DNA of 34,692 bases from assembly GCF_001194135.2 (NCBI RefSeq), contig NC_068986.1, positions 106,787,958 to 106,822,649 of the forward strand, in the 5' to 3' direction. A program made the position numbers and the translations under genes. Origin of the DNA: Octopus bimaculoides (taxonomy: Eukaryota). Positions within the stretch are counted from its first letter, which is position 1. Each line of letters starts with the position of its first letter. The notes under the pieces were generated by a model. That model ran no database searches. It saw only the letters and a list, made by a program, of their open reading frames with translations, and was not told where the DNA came from. This document shows, in pieces, positions 34,460 through 34,692 of the stretch.

Positions 34460-34692
34460 GGGTATGTTATTCCCCTTTTTCTTAGCTCTCTTGTGTGAAC
34501 TTTCTGTCAGGCAGTCGCCATGATAGATCGCTGACCACTACATTTATGTTTTTCTCCTTGTTTTTCTCCTTATTTCTTTCTGTTGAAGAGCGTAGCTCGA
34601 AACGTAAAAGACTTTCTCTATTCCCGAGCGTTAAACTAATACATCCATTTGTTGTTTACACCACCTGTCCTCGTCTGTTTTTGTTTTTTTCG
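34460..34692 (+). mobile_element. PLE family-1 3' UTR/pseudo-LTR fragment running off the window end
   Basis: Similar to 8390-8645. Confidence 0.65.
34575..34611 (+). ncRNA. Minimal type I hammerhead motif (family 1, A6U), GUA cleavage triplet
   Basis: UCUUU-CUGUUGA-A-GAGC(GUA)GCUC-GAA-ACGU-A-AAAGA. Confidence 0.65.

Overview
AT-rich, microsatellite-dense eukaryotic draft-assembly sequence with 11 N-gaps. Repeat content suggests an octopus/coleoid cephalopod (inferred from recalled repeat families, not verified). Most of the window is decayed transposon debris: Penelope-like elements (PLEs) with GIY-YIG fragments, three R4/Dong-type RLE LINE families clustered at (TAA)n runs, CR1- and Tx1/L1-type LINE fragments, two Tc1/mariner fragments, a Helitron (Pif1 helicase), tRNA-derived SINEs and hairpin/MITE-like elements. 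Two things stand out. (1) Two tandem paralogues of a small multi-exon + strand gene that the ORF track misses: a non-coding exon 1, a signal-peptide exon and, in copy A, a phase-1 Cys-rich exon plus a probable terminal exon. Together these predict a ~101-aa secreted protein with six mature cysteines. (2) Type I hammerhead ribozyme motifs from three sequence families, all with palindromic stem III, including one with an intact core and an 87-nt structured insertion in stem II. All calls come from manual reading; no database searches or folding programs were run, and mobile-element boundaries are approximate.
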